A stretch of DNA of 64,000 nucleotides from an uncultured Gemmatimonadales bacterium (lineage in GTDB: Bacteria > Gemmatimonadota > Gemmatimonadetes > Gemmatimonadales > GWC2-71-9). This document shows, piece by piece, positions 60,242-64,000 of the stretch (the first letter of the stretch is position 1; the number at the start of each line of letters is the position of its first letter). Both the position numbers and the translations under genes were made by a program. Under the pieces are notes generated by a model. The model saw only the letters and a list, made by a program, of their open reading frames with translations. It had not been told where the DNA came from and did no database searches. The stretch covers positions 125,684-189,683 of the forward strand of contig CAVOGH010000002.1 in assembly GCA_963695185.1 (NCBI GenBank), written 5' to 3'.

Positions 60242-60891
60242 GGGCGCCCGGTGGCCGCAGCGACAGGAACGAACTCCGGCACCACCACCATCAGGTTGGC
60301 CGTCGGCTTGCCAGGGTCAACCACCAGACCCGCGGAAAGGTCGGGGTCGGCATGATGGCCGACCTGCCGGTTGGTGAGGTAGGGATAGTAGATCATGAGA
60401 TGGGGGCTCCACTGGCCGGCGGGTTCGCCATCATCGCCGATCAGATCTTGCCCTGCGGACATCATGTACGCAACCGCCAGCCGGCTCGGTAGCCGGAAGG
60501 TGCCATCCATGAGCCTGCGGGCAATCTCCGCCTCGACCTGGTCGGCGGCCATGCCACGATGCAGCAGCTCGGTGCGCCGCATCTCCATCGGCATGATGGT
60601 GGCGGCGGCCTCCTCGTCGAAGCACTCCGGCTCGAGTGAAGCGGGCCAGCTCCGATTCACCAGGCAGACCACGGCGGTGGAACCCGAGTCGGCCACGATC
60701 CAGCCCGTCGCGGACCAGACGTAGATCCGCGCCGACGCGGAAACGGAGGCCGGCGCCGCACTCCGGGCGAGGGCGATCTCCCGGTCCCGTGGCATCAGGG
60801 CCCGCGGTCCGGGCCGACCCGCTCCGGCGGTCTGGGCGGAGGCGGAAGAGGCGAGGCTGAGGGCGAGCAGGGCGAGGACGATAGGGCGCAT
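60238..60891 (-). CDS. Secreted conserved hypothetical protein, first gene of the ECF operon
   Basis: Signal peptide; EIALARSAAP, CLV.RSW, P.C, YMMS, PHLMIY.PY; GTGA overlap with the sigma gene. Confidence 0.8.
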   Translation of the reverse strand: MRPIVLALLALSLASSASAQTAGAGRPGPRALMPRDREIALARSAAPASVSASARIYVWSATGWIVADSGSTAVVCLVNRSWPASLEPECFDEEAAATIMPMEMRRTELLHRGMAADQVEAEIARRLMDGTFRLPSRLAVAYMMSAGQDLIGDDGEPAGQWSPHLMIYYPYLTNRQVGHHADPDLSAGLVVDPGKPTANLMVVVPEFVPVAAATGRP

Positions 60892-61150
60892 GGGAATCGG
60901 GGTAGGGGTTGGGCCGTCGGGCGGTCGGTCTGCACACTAGTGGCTGGGCGGGTGGGAAAGGTTGCGCGCGAAGGTCGCCGGGAGAGGCGCGCACGATGGG
61001 GGCCCGTAGGAGTAGGCCACCGGAGAGACCCTTCCCGCCGTGGCGACCGATCAGCCAAACACGGCCCCGGGCCCCGCACGGTCGAGTCACCCAGAGTCGC
61101 CCAGCGACCGCGCTGGCGCTCCCCCGCGTAGTCCCCCATCTTCAGCCCCC

Positions 61151-63852
61151 ATGACCCTCCCCACCCGGCTCAGCGAAGCGCTCGCCGATCGCTACCGGCT
61201 CGAGCGCGAACTGGGTCGGGGCGGCATGGCCACCGTCTACCTCGCCGCACGACCTCAAGCACGAGCGCAAGGTGGCGGTGAAGGTGCTCACGCCCGAGCT
61301 GGCTGCGGTGGTCGGCGCCGAGCGGTTCCTGTCCGAGATCAAGACGACGGCCAACCTGCAGCATCCGCACATCCTGCCGCTGCACGACTCGGGCGAGGCC
61401 GACGGTTTTCTCTTCTACGTGATGCCCTACGTGGAGGGCGAGACGCTCCGCGACCGGCTCGAGCGCGGGAGAAGCAGCTCCCGGTCGAGGACGCCCTCGG
61501 ATCGCCCGCGAAGGTGGCCGACGCGCTGGACTACGCGCACGGCCGACGGTGTGGTCCACCGCGACATCAAGCCGGAGAACATCCTGCTCAGCCGGCGGGC
61601 CAGCGCGCTGGTGGCGGACTTCGGCATCGCTCTCGCGGTGAGCCGGAGCGCCGGCGGCAGCCGGATCACCGAGACCGGCATGAGCCTCGGCACGCCCCAC
61701 TACATGAGCCCCGAGCAGGCCACGGGCGAGCGGGAGATCCCGCCCGCTCCGACGTCTACGCGCTGGGCTGCGTGCTCTACGAGATGCTGACCGGCGAGCC
61801 GCCGTTCACCGGGGCCAGCGCCCAGGCCATCCTCGCCCGGGTCCTCACCGAGCACCCCCCGCCCGTCACCCGCCAGCGTAGGACCGTGCCCGCGAATGTG
61901 GAGGGGGCCGTGGCCAGGGCGCTGGAGAAGCTGCCGGCCGACCGCTTCGAAACCGCGGCCGAGTTCTCGGAGGCGCTGCTGGGCCAGGGACCGACGAGGA
62001 CCACCCGGACAATAGGTGCGGCGAAGCCGGTGAGCCCGGCAGCCCGGCGAACGTGGCGCATCGTTGCAACAGTTGCAATCGTGGCGTCCGCGCTCGCCCT
62101 CTGGGGCTGGTTCCGGCCGGAGCCGCCCCCGCCGGTCCGCCGCTACAGCATGGGCATCCCCCCCAATCAGACGATGCAGCAGACGGTCCTGGGCATCAAC
62201 CTCGCCCTCTCCCCGGACGGCAACCAGCTGGTCTACCTCGGGCCCGGCGACGGCGGCGGGCAACTCTGGCTCAGGGATCGGGACAAGCTCGATGCCACGC
62301 CCATTGCGGGGACCAACGGCGCGCTCGATCCGTTCTTCTCGCCGGATGGGAAGCAGATCGCCTTTTCCACGGGCGCGGTGTTCGACCTCAAGGTCATCCC
62401 GGTGGGCGGCGGTCCGGCGGTGACCATAGCGCAGCCGGGCCCGGATCGGGCGGCGGCGCGGCGTGGAGCTCGGACGGCTGGATCTACTTCGACACGCCCC
62501 AGGGCCTGGCCCGGATCCGGGGCAGCGGAGGTGAACCGGAGCCGTTCCTGGCGTACGACAGCGCCGGCGGAGAGCTGGGCCACGCCTGGCCCGACGTGCT
62601 TCCGGGTGGCAAGACGCTGCTCTACCGCTCCAGGCGGAACCTGGAGCCCGAAGACTTCGACCTGATGGCTCTCAACATCGCCACGCGGCAACGGAAGGTG
62701 CTCACCAAGGGCCTGGTGGCGCGGTACGTGGAGCCGGGATATGTCGCCTTCGTCCGCGCCGACGGCGCCCTCATGGCCGCGCCGTTTGACGCCGGGAAGC
62801 TCGAACTGACAGGACCTGCGGTACCGCTCCTCGAGGGGGTGATGACCAAGACCTTCGGGTCGGTGGACCTGGCCATTTCCCCGGAAGGCACCCTGGCCTA
62901 TGCGCCGGGCGCCGCCGAAGCGGCCGAGGGAATCGGTGAGCTGGTCTGGGTTGACCGGGACGGCGCCACCCGGACGGTGCTGCCGCAGCTCCGTTTCACA
63001 CCTTCAGGCAATCGCAGCATCGCGCTCTCCCCCGACGGGACCAGGCTCGCGGCGGACGTGCTGGGGTCCCGTGGGCCGGACATCCGGGTCAAGCAGCTGC
63101 CGTCGGGTCCGTTCACCCGGCTCACATTCGACGGCACCCAGAACTTCCGTCCCAGCTGGACCGCCGACGGCAAGTCGGTGATCTGGATCTCAAACCGCGA
63201 CAGCGCACCACTCAGTGTGTGGCGGCAGCAGGCCGACGGCGCCCGGCCGCCCGAACTGCTGCTCCGCGGCACCGGGGGCGGAATCCAGGAGGCTGTGCTT
63301 TCGCGGGACGGCAAATGGCTGGTGTTCCGCACCACCGAGGCGGGCAATCGCGACATCTACGCAGTCCGCCCGGGCGCCGACACGACCCGGATCCCGCTGC
63401 TGGTGGGACGGTTCAACGAGGATGGGATTGCCCTCTCCCCTGACGGGCGGTGGCTGGCGTACAGCTCGGACGAATCGGGCCGGGTGGAGGTGTACGTCAG
63501 GCCCTTCCCCGACGTCAACTCCGGCCGGTGGCAGATCTCGGGTGGCGGGGGCTACGCCGCCGCCTGGTCGCACAGCGGCCGGGAGCTGTTCTTCGTGGGT
63601 CCGGCCGGCCAGATGATGGTATCAGAGGTGCGGACCACCGGAAGCTTCCAGCCCGGCGAGCCGCGGCAGCTGATCGCTCCGCAGTCCCAGATCATGGCCT
63701 CTGTGGTGGTCCCCAACTACGCCATCACCCCCGACGACCGGCGCTTCCTGATGGTCCGGCTGGGCACAGCCACTGCGGCGCCGGGCGCGGGCCAGCTGGT
63801 GGTGGTGGATAACTGGCTCCGGGAGTTTCGGGCGAAGGTGAGGGGGAAGTAG
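61151..63852 (+). CDS. Ser/Thr protein kinase with TM helix and TolB-like (PD40) beta-propellers; several frameshifts
   Basis: ELGRGGMATVY, VAVK, HPHIL, HRDIKPENIL, DFG, GTPHYMSPEQ, SDVYALG, then many FSPDG/LSPDG..LAY repeats. Confidence 0.9.
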
Positions 63853-63888
63853 GCGATTGGGCGATTGGGCGATTGGGCGATTGGGCGA
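63850..63888. repeat. Octamer tandem repeat (TGGGCGAT), about 5 copies
   Basis: TAGGCGAT TGGGCGAT TGGGCGAT TGGGCGAT TGGGCGA, starting on the kinase stop codon. Confidence 0.9.
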
Positions 63889-63916
63889 GCGGAAGGTCGC
63901 GAGAAGAAGGGACGCT

Positions 63917-64000
63917 GCGGAGAGGGAGGGTCGGAGGGCGCGTAGGCGCGAGACGGACCAACTCACCCGGGCACCCGCGCCTCCAGCGCCTGGAGACCCT
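63917..64000. repeat. Dispersed palindromic element, inverted copy cut by the window end
   Basis: Reverse complement AGGGTCTCCAGGCGC..GGGTGCCCGGG..GTCTCGCGCCTACGCGCC.TCCGACCC aligns with 43671-43745. Confidence 0.8.

Noticed and set aside
1-64000. tRNA, rRNA, integrase, transposase or prophage
   Set aside because: No recognisable signatures seen by eye; a covariance-model scan would be needed to exclude small RNAs

Overview
GC-rich bacterial chromosomal window, most likely Gemmatimonadota (inferred from duplicated orphan ABC permeases, a kinase-TolB-propeller fusion, an M56-HEAT fusion and octamer intergenic repeats). About 40 protein genes are supported; no rRNA, tRNA, CRISPR array, integrase or transposase was seen. 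Frameshifts cluster at about 4-5, 10.5-15, 42-43, 50.5-56.4 and 60.2-62.5 kb, several in homopolymers, which suggests long-read assembly errors. The best candidate for an undescribed system is a 7TM/GAF HisKA_3 kinase plus NarL regulator that converge on an HmuY-like lipoprotein plus TonB receptor operon, whose promoter carries a perfect CCGTAG-AA-CTACGG palindrome and two degenerate copies (putative heme-sensing and uptake module). Other notable items: an RHH plus nucleotidyltransferase TA-like pair with a visible operator and leaderless promoter, a BlaI-M56-HEAT operon with two TAC(A/G)-NN-(T/C)GTA boxes, a cytochrome c/Vgb-propeller fusion, a sigma54-driven GYF-like Pro/Ala-rich membrane protein, an 878-aa coiled-coil protein, a very basic 93-aa protein, an ECF sigma with a YCII anti-sigma, a cyclic beta-1,2-glucan synthase and several dispersed palindromic or octamer repeat families. 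All calls are by eye from motifs; no database searches were run.
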